Shown one piece after another: positions 18,306 through 26,952 of a stretch of 36,170 nt of DNA. The position numbers and the translations under genes are program-made. The notes below the pieces were generated by a model. It was not told where the DNA came from. It saw only the letters and a program-made list of their open reading frames with translations, and searched no databases. The number at the start of each line of letters is the position of its first letter. Position 1 is the stretch's first letter. The DNA lies in the NCBI GenBank assembly GCA_947584125.1, contig CANPWI010000002.1, positions 1-36,170 of the forward strand, in the 5' to 3' direction. The stretch is from an uncultured Clostridia bacterium (GTDB taxonomy: Bacteria > Bacillota > Clostridia > TANB77 > CAG-508).

Positions 18306-18366
18306 AAATAAAAAACTAAGCTCATTGTATATTTTTACATCAAAAATACACATAATGAACTTAGTT
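18306..18366 (-). repeat. Direct repeat copy 1 (61 bp, identical to 19789-19849); a long hairpin plus U-run that acts as a minus-strand terminator
   Basis: The sequence aaataaaaaactaagctcattgtatatttttacatcaaaaatacacataatgaacttagtt is identical base for base to 19789-19849. On the minus strand it folds as AACTAAGTTCATT...AATGAGCTTAGTT followed by TTTTTATTT. Confidence 0.9.
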
Positions 18367-18396
18367 CTATATGTTTCTTATTTATTTCATTTTCTT

Positions 18397-18450
18397 TTAA
18401 CAGATTACTTGTATGTATACTCTCGCAAGGGTTACAGCTTTTATATTCAT
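18397..18450 (-). CDS. Candidate 17-codon sORF (MNIKAVTLARVYIQVIC) within a small promoter-to-terminator unit
   Basis: The ATG at 18450-18448 is preceded by AAAAGGAG about 10 nt upstream, and the TAA stop is at 18399-18397. The sORF sits between a consensus promoter and the repeat-1 terminator. I recognise no homology, and the unit may instead be a non-coding sRNA. Confidence 0.3.
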   Translation of the reverse strand: MNIKAVTLARVYIQVIC

Positions 18451-18483
18451 CTTATGTTTTCTCCTTTTACTTTCTTTTGTTTA

Positions 18484-18512
18484 ATTTTACATTAACTTAT
18501 TATAATTGTCAA
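18484..18512 (-). promoter_or_regulatory. Consensus sigma-A promoter driving the sORF/sRNA unit
   Basis: The minus strand reads TTGACA (18507-18512), a 17-nt spacer (ATTATAATAAGTTAATG), then TAAAAT (18484-18489). This is the same quality as the rplU promoter in this window. Confidence 0.6.
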
Positions 18513-18592
18513 TATTTTTAAATTTTAATTTATAAGTATAATTTTAAAATAAAATTCTTTATATTTTATATAAAATTTAGGATTTTCTATTC

Positions 18593-19637
18593 TTAATTAT
18601 CTTGCTGCTTTTCTATTTCTTCAATGTCTTTAATATGCAATTCAATATCTTCTACTTTTGGTAATTGCTTCTGTAAATACTCTGGAATATCTTCTAATAA
18701 TTTATATTCACTGACGCCAATAGGATTATTTACATTTCTTAAAGCATATTCTGCCGTTAGCTTATCTTTTTCCTTGCACAAAAGAATACCAATAGTAGGA
18801 TTATCTCCTTCTTTTCTTAATGTATCATCAACAGCAGACAAATAAAAATTTATTTGCCCTGCATCTGTTGGTTTAAATTTCCTTGCTTTTAATTCAACTA
18901 CGATATAGCATCTTAATTCTAAATGATAAAATAATAAATCTATAAAATAGTCTGTATCACTAACTGTAATTTTATATTGATTTCCCACAAAAGCAAAGCC
19001 ATTTCCAAGTTCAATAAGCACATCTTTTATTCTATTTATCATAGCATTTTCAATTTGTACTTCATTTGAATGTTTTTTTAATGAAATAAAATCAAACAAA
19101 TATGGATCTTTCATTGTTTGTATTGCTAAATCACTTTGTAAATTTGGAAGTGTGTCAGAAAAATTAGTTGTTTTTTCAGCAATTGCTTGTCTTTCATATA
19201 ATTTACTTGTAAGTTGCATTTCTAGTATGTTTACAGACCATCCATTTTTTATAGTTTCACTAATATACCATTTTCTAATTTCAATATCTTTTATTTTTTC
19301 CATTAGTAATACATTATGAGTCCAAGTAATTTGTGCAGTTACTGACTGCACAAATTCAAAATCTGGATATTCTTCTGCAAATCTTCTCATATTTTTCAGA
19401 TTCCTAACGGAAAATCCGTCTTATTTCAGGAAATTCTAATTTTAAATCTATTGATAAATTATCTACAAATTTATTTCCCCATTGACTGTTTTCTAGAATA
19501 ATTTTACCAATGTGCCAATACATAAAAATAAGTTCTTTATTAACAGCCTGCATTGCTTGATATTGAGATTTTAAAATTTCTTGTTTAATATTTTCAAAAA
19601 TATTTTTATAATTGTTAGTATCTATTTTATTTAACAT
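18593..19637 (-). pseudogene. yhcG: YhcG/DUF1016-family PD-(D/E)XK nuclease gene, split by a 1-nt frameshift near 19415-19425
   Basis: The track ORFs 19404-19637 (MLNKIDTNNYKNIFENIKQEILKSQYQAMQAVNKELIFMYWHIGKIILEN..LEFPEIRRIFR*) and 18593-19390 (MRRFAEEYPDFEFVQ..DLLFYHLELRCYIVVELKARKFKP..) are the N- and C-terminal parts of one DUF1016 protein. In the C-terminal frame the sequence reads back to ..DGFSVRNLKNMRRF, so removing one base in AGACGGATT would restore the expected ..PEIRGFSVRNLKNMRRFAEEY. Confidence 0.8.
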
Positions 19638-19788
19638 ATTTACCTTCTTTCTAATTTAACAAGATCAGTTGCCAAATTAAATTTTCTGTTTTGTAACTCA
19701 TACTATATCACAAAATTCAAAAATTTTCCATAAAATTCACAAAGTCCTAATCATATATTAATTCTTTTATTATTCAAAGTTATAAGAT

Positions 19789-19849
19789 AAATAAAAAACT
19801 AAGCTCATTGTATATTTTTACATCAAAAATACACATAATGAACTTAGTT
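19789..19849 (-). repeat. Direct repeat copy 2; the intrinsic terminator of the gatCAB operon
   Basis: It is identical to 18306-18366. It lies 11 nt downstream of the gatB stop and forms a long imperfect hairpin (about 20 bp) followed by a U-run on the minus strand. Confidence 0.9.
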
Positions 19850-19860
19850 TTTTATGTTCT

Positions 19861-21300
19861 TTATTTTTTTAATTCTTCTATAAACATTTTGTTTAGCATT
19901 TGTGGGTTTGCTTTTCCTTTTGTTTGTTTCATTGCTTGGCCTACTAAAAATCCTAGTGCTTTTTCTTTTCCTGCTTTATAGTCTGCTACTGATTGTTCAT
20001 TTTCTGAAAGTACTTTTAATACTACCTCTTTAATTGCACTTTCATCTGAAATTTGAACCCAACCATTTTCTTCAATTATTTTACTTGGAGATTTTGGATT
20101 TTCAAATAGTTCTGCAAGTACTTTTTTTCCTATTGTATTGCTAATTGTTCCTTTTTCTATTAATGCTATTAATTCTGCTAAGTTTTCAGCAGTAAATGGT
20201 ATTTGGTCTGGTTCTAGTTCTTTTTCATTTAATGTTTTTGAAATATCTGACAAAATCCAGTTAACTACTGCTTTAGGATTGTTTGATATTTTTGTTGCTT
20301 CTTCAAATAAATCTGATAGATATTTTGATGATGTTAATATTCTTGCTTCTTTTTCTGTTAATTTATATTCTTCTAAATATCTTATTCTTCTTGATTCTGG
20401 TAATTCTGGTAATGCTTTTCTTATATTTTCTATATATTCATCTGAAAGTCTTATTGCAACTAAATCAGGATCTGGGAAATATCTATAATCTTGTGCATCT
20501 TCTTTATCTCTCATTGTAAATGTTTTTCCTGATACATCATCCCATCTTAGTGTTTCTTGTTCTATTTTTCCTCCATCTTCTATTATATCTATTTGTCTTT
20601 CAACCTCATATTCGATTGCTCTTACAATAGAACGGAAAGAGTTCATGTTTTTCATTTCTGTTCTTGTTCCAAATTCTTTTGCTCCTTTTTTTCTTACAGA
20701 AACATTAACATCTGCTCTTAATGAACCTTCTTGCATTTTACAGTCTGATACCTCTATATATTCAAGTATTGATTTTAATTTTCTTAAATAAATTTCTGTT
20801 TCATTTGCTGACCTTAAGTCTGGCTCTGATACTATTTCAATTAAAGGAACTCCTGCTCTATTTAAATCTACCAAGCTTCCTCTTCCATATTCATCATGAT
20901 TTAATTTTCCAGCATCTTCTTCTATATGAATTCTTGTTAATCTTATTTTCTTTGTTCCTTCTTCTGTTTCTATTTCTATGTATCCTTTTTCACAAAGTGG
21001 TTTATCAAATTGTGATATTTGATATGCTTTTGGTAAGTCTGGATAAAAATAATTTTTTCTATCATTTTTACTATCTCTAGATATTTCACAATTAGTAGCA
21101 AGTCCAGCTTTTACTGCATATTCTACTACTTTTTCATTAAGTACTGGTAATGTTCCTGGCATTGCCATACAAATAGGACAACAATGTGTATTTGGCTCTC
21201 CTCCAAATTCTGTAGGGCATGAGCAAAATATTTTTGTTTTTGTTGAAAGTTCAGCATGAACCTCAAGTCCTATAACAACTTCATAATCTTCTCTTGACAT
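19861..21300 (-). CDS. gatB: Asp-tRNA(Asn)/Glu-tRNA(Gln) amidotransferase subunit B
   Basis: The product reads YEVVIGLEVHAELSTKTKIFCSC..NTHCCPICMAMPGTLPVLN.. and carries a C-terminal YqeY-like tail. There is an AAGGAGG RBS. Confidence 0.95.
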   Translation of the reverse strand: MSREDYEVVIGLEVHAELSTKTKIFCSCPTEFGGEPNTHCCPICMAMPGTLPVLNEKVVEYAVKAGLATNCEISRDSKNDRKNYFYPDLPKAYQISQFDKPLCEKGYIEIETEEGTKKIRLTRIHIEEDAGKLNHDEYGRGSLVDLNRAGVPLIEIVSEPDLRSANETEIYLRKLKSILEYIEVSDCKMQEGSLRADVNVSVRKKGAKEFGTRTEMKNMNSFRSIVRAIEYEVERQIDIIEDGGKIEQETLRWDDVSGKTFTMRDKEDAQDYRYFPDPDLVAIRLSDEYIENIRKALPELPESRRIRYLEEYKLTEKEARILTSSKYLSDLFEEATKISNNPKAVVNWILSDISKTLNEKELEPDQIPFTAENLAELIALIEKGTISNTIGKKVLAELFENPKSPSKIIEENGWVQISDESAIKEVVLKVLSENEQSVADYKAGKEKALGFLVGQAMKQTKGKANPQMLNKMFIEELKK

Positions 21301-21312
21301 TATATGTCCTCC

Positions 21313-22782
21313 TTATTTCTTAAATTCTGGTTTATAATTTTCTCTAAATTTTATTGCTTGTTCTAAAGTATATGCTGCATTTAATAATTTTTCTTCTTCA
21401 AAATAGTTTCCTATTAATTGTAATCCTATTGGCATTCCTTGCTTGTCTACACTAATTGGAATTGAAATTCCAGGAAGTCCTGCAATATTTACTGGAACTG
21501 TGCATATATCTGCAAGATACATTTCTAATGGATTATTTGACCTTTCTCCTAAGTTAAATGCTACTGTTGGTGCTGTTGGTGTTAATATTACATCATATTT
21601 TTTAAATGCATCTGCAAATTGTTTTTTTACAAGTGTTCTTACTTTTTGTGCCTTTTTATAATAAGCATCATAATATCCTGATGAAAGTACATAAGTTCCT
21701 AAAATAATTCTTCTTTTTACCTCTTGTCCAAATCCTTCACTTCTTGAATTTCTATATATATCTTTTAAATTTTCAAATTCCTTAGTTCTATATCCATAAC
21801 GAATTCCATCAAATCTACCTAAGTTTGAGCTTGCTTCTGCACATGCTATAATGTAATAAGTAGCTAATGCATAGTCTGCAACATCTATAGAACATTCTTC
21901 AACAATTGCTCCTAATTCTTTATATTTTTCTACTGCTTCAAATATTTTTTCTTTTACTTCTTTATTTATACCTTCTCCAAAATATTCTTTTGGAATTCCA
22001 ATTTTTAATCCTTTTACATCATTTTTTAGTGCCTTGGTATAGTCTTTTCTTTCAATTTCTTGTGATGTTGTATCTTTTGAATCATGCCCTGCTATCATAT
22101 TTAATAATATTGCAGAATCCTCTACATCTTTTGTAATTGGACCTATTTGGTCAAGTGATGATGCAAATGCTACAAGTCCATATCTTGAAACAAGTCCATA
22201 AGTTGGTTTTAATCCTACAACTCCACAAAATGCTGCTGGTTGACGAATAGAACCTCCTGTATCTGAACCTAAAGCAAATGGAACAAGTTCTGCTGCAACA
22301 GCTGCTGCTGAACCTCCACTTGAACCTCCTGGTACTTTATTTAGATTCCATGGATTTTTTGTTTTCTTGAAGTATGAATATTCTGTAGACCCTCCCATTG
22401 CAAATTCATCCATATTTAGCTTTCCTAAGCTTATAATTTCTTCATTATTTAACTTTTCTACAACTGTAGCATTATAAGGTGATATAAAGTTTTCAAGCAT
22501 TTTAGATGCACATGTTGTTTTTACACCTTTTGTACACATATTATCTTTTATTCCTATTGGTATACCTGCATAGCTAGATACTTTTTCTCCTTTTGCTCTT
22601 TTTTCATCTATTTCTTTTGCTTGTTTCATAGCTTCCTCAGTAGTTAGTGTAATAAAAGCATCTACATCTTTTTCTTTTTCGTTTATTCTGTCTATATATG
22701 CTTTTGTAATTTCTTGTGATGTCAATTCTTTTTTATCTAATTTTTCTTTTAATTCATGTACAGTTAATTCTGTTATATTCAT
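21313..22782 (-). CDS. gatA: Glutamyl-tRNA(Gln) amidotransferase subunit A
   Basis: The amidase signature reads [36 protein letters not shown]. Confidence 0.95.
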   Translation of the reverse strand: MNITELTVHELKEKLDKKELTSQEITKAYIDRINEKEKDVDAFITLTTEEAMKQAKEIDEKRAKGEKVSSYAGIPIGIKDNMCTKGVKTTCASKMLENFISPYNATVVEKLNNEEIISLGKLNMDEFAMGGSTEYSYFKKTKNPWNLNKVPGGSSGGSAAAVAAELVPFALGSDTGGSIRQPAAFCGVVGLKPTYGLVSRYGLVAFASSLDQIGPITKDVEDSAILLNMIAGHDSKDTTSQEIERKDYTKALKNDVKGLKIGIPKEYFGEGINKEVKEKIFEAVEKYKELGAIVEECSIDVADYALATYYIIACAEASSNLGRFDGIRYGYRTKEFENLKDIYRNSRSEGFGQEVKRRIILGTYVLSSGYYDAYYKKAQKVRTLVKKQFADAFKKYDVILTPTAPTVAFNLGERSNNPLEMYLADICTVPVNIAGLPGISIPISVDKQGMPIGLQLIGNYFEEEKLLNAAYTLEQAIKFRENYKPEFKK

Positions 22783-22830
22783 TTAAGAAGTCCCTCCTAT
22801 AATTTTTTATTCTTTAATTTTTTAATGATT

Positions 22831-23115
22831 TTATAGTACCTTAGGTATTTTAAACATTCCATTTTCTTTGTCTGGAGCATTTTGTAATAAGCTTTCTCTA
22901 TCTTCAAAATTTATTATTTCATCTTTTCTAAATACATTGTATTTATCTTGAACTCCTATTGCTTCTTCTAGGTCGTCTACATTTGCATTATTTACAATAT
23001 TTGCATAATTTAATATATCTTGTAAATGTAATATATAAGTATCTTCTTCCTCTTCTTTTAATTTTAAATTAGCAAGTTTTGCAATATGTCTAATTTCTTC
23101 TTTACTTACCTTCAT
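22831..23115 (-). CDS. gatC: Glutamyl-tRNA(Gln) amidotransferase subunit C
   Basis: The product is a 94-aa protein, MKVSKEEIRHIAKLANLKLKEEE..., located immediately upstream of gatA-gatB. Confidence 0.9.
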   Translation of the reverse strand: MKVSKEEIRHIAKLANLKLKEEEEDTYILHLQDILNYANIVNNANVDDLEEAIGVQDKYNVFRKDEIINFEDRESLLQNAPDKENGMFKIPKVL

Positions 23116-23165
23116 TTATATCCTCTCCTTGTTATATAATGAATAAATTATATAACGATTTAATA

Positions 23166-23196
23166 AAAAAAACAAGGTTTTACCTTGCTTTTTTTA
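23166..23196 (-). terminator. Short hairpin plus U-run downstream of the DUF4190 gene, upstream of gatC
   Basis: The minus strand reads AAAAAAAGCAAGG-TAAAA-CCTTGTTTTTTTT. Confidence 0.5.
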
Positions 23197-23207
23197 TTAA
23201 CTATTAA

Positions 23208-23675
23208 TTATCTTCTATATATTGCATTATATAAATCTAAATTTATATTATTATTTTCGCTTATGTTTTCAGCTTCATTTATAAATTCTTCCCATGCTTC
23301 TGGATTTTGCAAATATGATGTTACAGCTGTCACGCCAAATATAACACCAATTATTACTAGAATTACTAATAATACTAATGTAATTATTCCCATAACAAGT
23401 CCTGCTGTTGCCATTCCTTTTCCTGCCTTTTTTCTACCTATAACTCCCAATATTATTGCTGCTATAGAAGCTGGTACTGATATATACCAAACACAACATA
23501 GTATTAAAGATATTATTCCAAGTACCATTGAGGCTATACTATATCCTTTTGTTTCTGTATTTGTTGTTTCTTTTTTATCTTGTTTATTTTCTGTTACAAT
23601 TTCTGCTTCTTTTACTTCTTTTTTTTGAGTGCTTTCTTCTTTTATTTCTTCATTTTTATTTTCTTCGTTTTCCAT
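23208..23675 (-). CDS. DUF4190-type membrane protein with an acidic/Lys-rich N-terminal tail
   Basis: The N-terminus MENEENKNEEIKEESTQKKE.. is followed by GYSIASMVLGIISLILCC..ASIAAIILGVIGRKKA..GMATAGLVMGIITLVLLVILVII, the characteristic DUF4190 two-helix pattern. There is an AAAGGAGG RBS. Confidence 0.7.
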   Translation of the reverse strand: MENEENKNEEIKEESTQKKEVKEAEIVTENKQDKKETTNTETKGYSIASMVLGIISLILCCVWYISVPASIAAIILGVIGRKKAGKGMATAGLVMGIITLVLLVILVIIGVIFGVTAVTSYLQNPEAWEEFINEAENISENNNINLDLYNAIYRR

Positions 23676-23714
23676 ATTTTTTCCTCCTTTTATTTTTCTA
23701 AATTTTATTATAAC

Positions 23715-24110
23715 TTATATTTTTACAAAAATCAAGATATTTCGCGCTATAGTATATATTGCTAATATTACTGTCCATATTATTAAATAGTAAGGTTTAG
23801 GATATAACCACTTTGCTATATTTTTATTTGTTAATGTATTTATTATATATACAATGTCTGTGATTAATATGTATATAATGATTAAGAAAAAGACAGAGTG
23901 ATATTTAAATGCTTTAATAAAGTTACCTTGTAAAAAATTTATCACACATCTTGTTCCACCACAACTAGTACATAGTAATCCAAATTTTTCGTTTATCCAA
24001 CATTTTGGTATAAAGTTTATTAAATTTGTGTTAATTATAATTACAGTTAATATTCCTATTATTAAAAATACTAACTGTATTATAATCATTTTTTTGTATT
24101 CTTTTTTCAT
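23715..24110 (-). CDS. DUF2752 family membrane protein
   Basis: The product contains the motif IPKCWINEKFGLLCTSCGGTRC (C..x..C..CGGTR) followed by TM helices. The probable start is the ATG at 24110 after a GGAG. The track start at 24122 is an alternative. Confidence 0.7.
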   Translation of the reverse strand: MKKEYKKMIIIQLVFLIIGILTVIIINTNLINFIPKCWINEKFGLLCTSCGGTRCVINFLQGNFIKAFKYHSVFFLIIIYILITDIVYIINTLTNKNIAKWLYPKPYYLIIWTVILAIYTIARNILIFVKI

Positions 24111-24127
24111 TTTATGCTCCATTTATT

Positions 24128-24409
24128 TTATATTTGTATATTAAAATCATCTATAACCTCTTTTAATGCAACTGGTGTTACTCTGTTTTTTATTAATTTT
24201 TCTAATATCATATTTATTGTTTCTTCATTGTTTGTTATATTTGTTACAATTTCACTTTCTTCTGTGTTATTTTTTGTAATTTCTATTCCATATTTTTTAC
24301 ATTCATTTTTTCGACTTATTTTATAGTATTTAATTTTTATTTCTCCAAATATACCATGTTGTATTAATTCATCTTTATGAATTAAACTTTCACCATAAAA
24401 AGTCTTCAT
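24128..24409 (-). CDS. Small cytoplasmic protein of unknown function (resembles a clostridial family with ..YGIEI.. and C-terminal ..VTP..L.EVIDD; possibly DUF6514-like)
   Basis: The 93-aa product is MKTFYGESLIHKDELIQHGIFGEIKIKYYKISRKNECKKYGIEITKNN...LIKNRVTPVALKEVIDDFNIQI. There is a GGAAGGGGA RBS. The family assignment is from memory only. Confidence 0.5.
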   Translation of the reverse strand: MKTFYGESLIHKDELIQHGIFGEIKIKYYKISRKNECKKYGIEITKNNTEESEIVTNITNNEETINMILEKLIKNRVTPVALKEVIDDFNIQI

Positions 24410-24614
24410 TTCCCCTTCCTTTCTTATTTTATATTATTTTGCAAAAAAACATTTTCTACTATATATAAATTTTAAAGAAAAATCAAGACTTTTTCATCGC
24501 ACAAAATTACAATAAAAACTTTTATTTGACAATTTTTGATTATGTTTTATTTATTATTACATATATTTAAAGTTTTGTTATAAAATTTTAATGTTTGAGA
24601 AATAATTTTGTAAC

Positions 24615-25733
24615 CTATTTTTCTAATAGTTTTAATATTTCTTTATATATTTTTTCTTCAACATTATCTTTATATATTTTTCTTGCGTTATTTCCCATCA
24701 TTTTTAATTTGTTTTTGTCAGCTATCATTTCGTTTATTTTATCATTTAATATTTGGCCATTTAATTCATCATTTTTTAATATACTTGCTGCATTAATATT
24801 TTCTAAAACTTTTGCATTATATTCTTGATGATTTTCTGATACATTTGGTAATGGTATAAAAATTGCAGGTTTTCCTAATGCTGATATTTCTGTAATTGTT
24901 AAAGCTCCGCTTCTTGCTACTACTAAATCTACTATGTTCATAATTTCTTCCATATTATATATATATGGAGTAATATAAAATCCTTTTATATTTTGTATAT
25001 TTATATTATCTTTTTCTAGTTCTTGTTTTATAATATCATATTGTTTTTGACCTGGTGCCCATATTACTTGATATTTTTCATTTTTATTTTCTTTTATAAT
25101 ATTGATTAATGAGTCATTTATTTTTTTTGCACCTTGACTTCCTCCAAATACTAATATAACTGGCATTTGGTCATTTAAATTTAGCTGTTTTAACTTATTT
25201 TTTCTTTCTTCATCTGAATATTTTATATTTTTTGATTTAATAGGATTTCCTGTTACTACTACTTTATCTTTTTGTTCTAGTCTATTTTTTGCTTCTTCAA
25301 ATCCTACTAAAATTTTGTCTACTTTTTTTGACAGCATTTTTACAGCTTTTCCTGGAAATGCATTACTTTCGTGTAATATTGTAGGTACATTGTATTTTTT
25401 TGCAGCTAATATTGTTGCACCGCATATATATCCGCCTGTTCCAATTACTATGTCTGGTTTGAATTCTTTTACTATTTTTTTTGCTTCTGATATTCCTCTA
25501 ACGGTTTTTATAATTCTTTTGAAATTCTCTATACTTATTTTTTTACTAAGACCATATGCTTCTATTGTTTTTAACTCATATCCTGCTCTTGGTACTAAGT
25601 CTTTTTCTAATCCTCTATTTGTTCCAATAAATATAATTTCTGATTCTTTTTGTTCTTGTTTTATTTTATTTGCAATTGCTACTCCTGGGTTTATATGTCC
25701 AGCAGTGCCTGCTGCTGCTATAATTACCTTCAT
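24615..25733 (-). CDS. murG: UDP-N-acetylglucosamine--N-acetylmuramyl-(pentapeptide) pyrophosphoryl-undecaprenol GlcNAc transferase
   Basis: The product reads MKVIIAAAGTAGHINPGVAIAN..GTGGYICGA..VFGGSQGA..SGALTITEISALGKPAIFIP. The start is the ATG at 25733 after AAAGGAA. Confidence 0.93.
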   Translation of the reverse strand: MKVIIAAAGTAGHINPGVAIANKIKQEQKESEIIFIGTNRGLEKDLVPRAGYELKTIEAYGLSKKISIENFKRIIKTVRGISEAKKIVKEFKPDIVIGTGGYICGATILAAKKYNVPTILHESNAFPGKAVKMLSKKVDKILVGFEEAKNRLEQKDKVVVTGNPIKSKNIKYSDEERKNKLKQLNLNDQMPVILVFGGSQGAKKINDSLINIIKENKNEKYQVIWAPGQKQYDIIKQELEKDNINIQNIKGFYITPYIYNMEEIMNIVDLVVARSGALTITEISALGKPAIFIPLPNVSENHQEYNAKVLENINAASILKNDELNGQILNDKINEMIADKNKLKMMGNNARKIYKDNVEEKIYKEILKLLEK

Positions 25734-25758
25734 TAATATCATTCCTTTTTTCTATTTT

Positions 25759-25790
25759 TATAGGGTCTGCATTTTTTTGCAAACCCTATA
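25759..25790. other. Intercistronic hairpin between ftsW and murG
   Basis: The sequence reads TATAGGGTCTGCA-TTTTTT-TGCAAACCCTATA, a stem of about 12 bp with one mismatch. Confidence 0.5.
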
Positions 25791-25809
25791 TTTAGTTATT
25801 TATATTTTT

Positions 25810-26937
25810 TTACCTTGCCTTGAAATATTTAATAATATTCCGTACTGAACAAAGTAATATAAGTAATGCTGTTCCTCCATAACTAAAGAATGGTAGTGGC
25901 ATACCTGTATTTGGTATTGATGATGTAACAACTGCTATATTAATAATTGCTTGAATTCCAACTTGTGCTGTTATTCCTACTGCAATTAAACTACCATTCA
26001 TATCTGGTGCTTTCATTGCAATAACAATACCTCTCCAGATAAATATAGCAAATAATATTATTACTGCTATACAACCTATAAATCCTAATTCTTCAGCTAA
26101 TACTGAAAATATAAAATCATTATGTGGTTCTGGTATGTATAAATATTTTTGTGTACTATTTCCAAGTCCTACTCCAAAAAGTCCTCCTGAACCAATAGCA
26201 TATAAACTTTGTATAATTTGCCATCCTGTACCTTGTGCATCTGCCCATGGATCCATAAATGATGTTATTCTTCCAATTCTAAATGCTCCTTCATCTGTAA
26301 ACTGTGCCATTAAAAATAATGCTATGCCTCCTAATACTGCTCCTATAACTCCAATTGTTGCAAAATATCTGAATTTTGAACCTGCCATAAGCATCATTAT
26401 AGATATTATTGCAATTATAACTAAAGATGCACTTAAGTGGTTTTGAACTCCTACTAATATTGCTATTATTATTAATACCCAAAAAAATGGTTTTATAAAT
26501 CCACCTTTAAGTGTTTTTAATTCATCTTTATGCTCTGTAAGGTATGCTGCTCCTGCTAAAATTAAAGCAATTTTTACAAGTTCTGATGGTTGAATAGTTG
26601 TAAATCCAAGATTTAACCATCTTGTTGCTCCATTTGCAGAATATCCAAGTTTTGGTATTTTTACTGCTAATAACAATATAATTGAAACAACATAGAATAG
26701 TTTATAAAATCTTTTGTATATTTTGTAATCTATTTTTGAAAATACTAACATTAGTATTATTCCTAAGACTGCACTTATTCCTTGTGTTTTTACATAGCTA
26801 TAACTATTTCCACTTTCAGCAAGTGATGATGGAGCACTTGCTGATAATACCATAATGATTCCTAATGATAACATTAATAAAACAGTAATAAATAGAATGA
26901 AATCAAACTGTTTTTCTGTTTCTTTTTTCTTTGTCAT
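25810..26937 (-). CDS. ftsW: SEDS-family peptidoglycan glycosyltransferase (FtsW/SpoVE)
   Basis: The 10-TM SEDS protein contains QPSELVK, EPHNDFIF and PFFSYGGTA, and it sits in a dcw context. Confidence 0.88.
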   Translation of the reverse strand: MTKKKETEKQFDFILFITVLLMLSLGIIMVLSASAPSSLAESGNSYSYVKTQGISAVLGIILMLVFSKIDYKIYKRFYKLFYVVSIILLLAVKIPKLGYSANGATRWLNLGFTTIQPSELVKIALILAGAAYLTEHKDELKTLKGGFIKPFFWVLIIIAILVGVQNHLSASLVIIAIISIMMLMAGSKFRYFATIGVIGAVLGGIALFLMAQFTDEGAFRIGRITSFMDPWADAQGTGWQIIQSLYAIGSGGLFGVGLGNSTQKYLYIPEPHNDFIFSVLAEELGFIGCIAVIILFAIFIWRGIVIAMKAPDMNGSLIAVGITAQVGIQAIINIAVVTSSIPNTGMPLPFFSYGGTALLILLCSVRNIIKYFKAR

Positions 26938-26952
26938 TTGGTATTTCCCCCT

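Noticed and set aside
18593-19637. Treating 19404-19637 and 18593-19390 as two separate genes, for example a small antitoxin-like protein plus a nuclease.
   Set aside because: Both pieces align to consecutive parts of the single-domain-architecture YhcG/DUF1016 family. The C-terminal frame stays open upstream of its Met through ..DGFSVRNLKNM, which overlaps the end of the N-terminal ORF. A 1-nt frameshift explains both.
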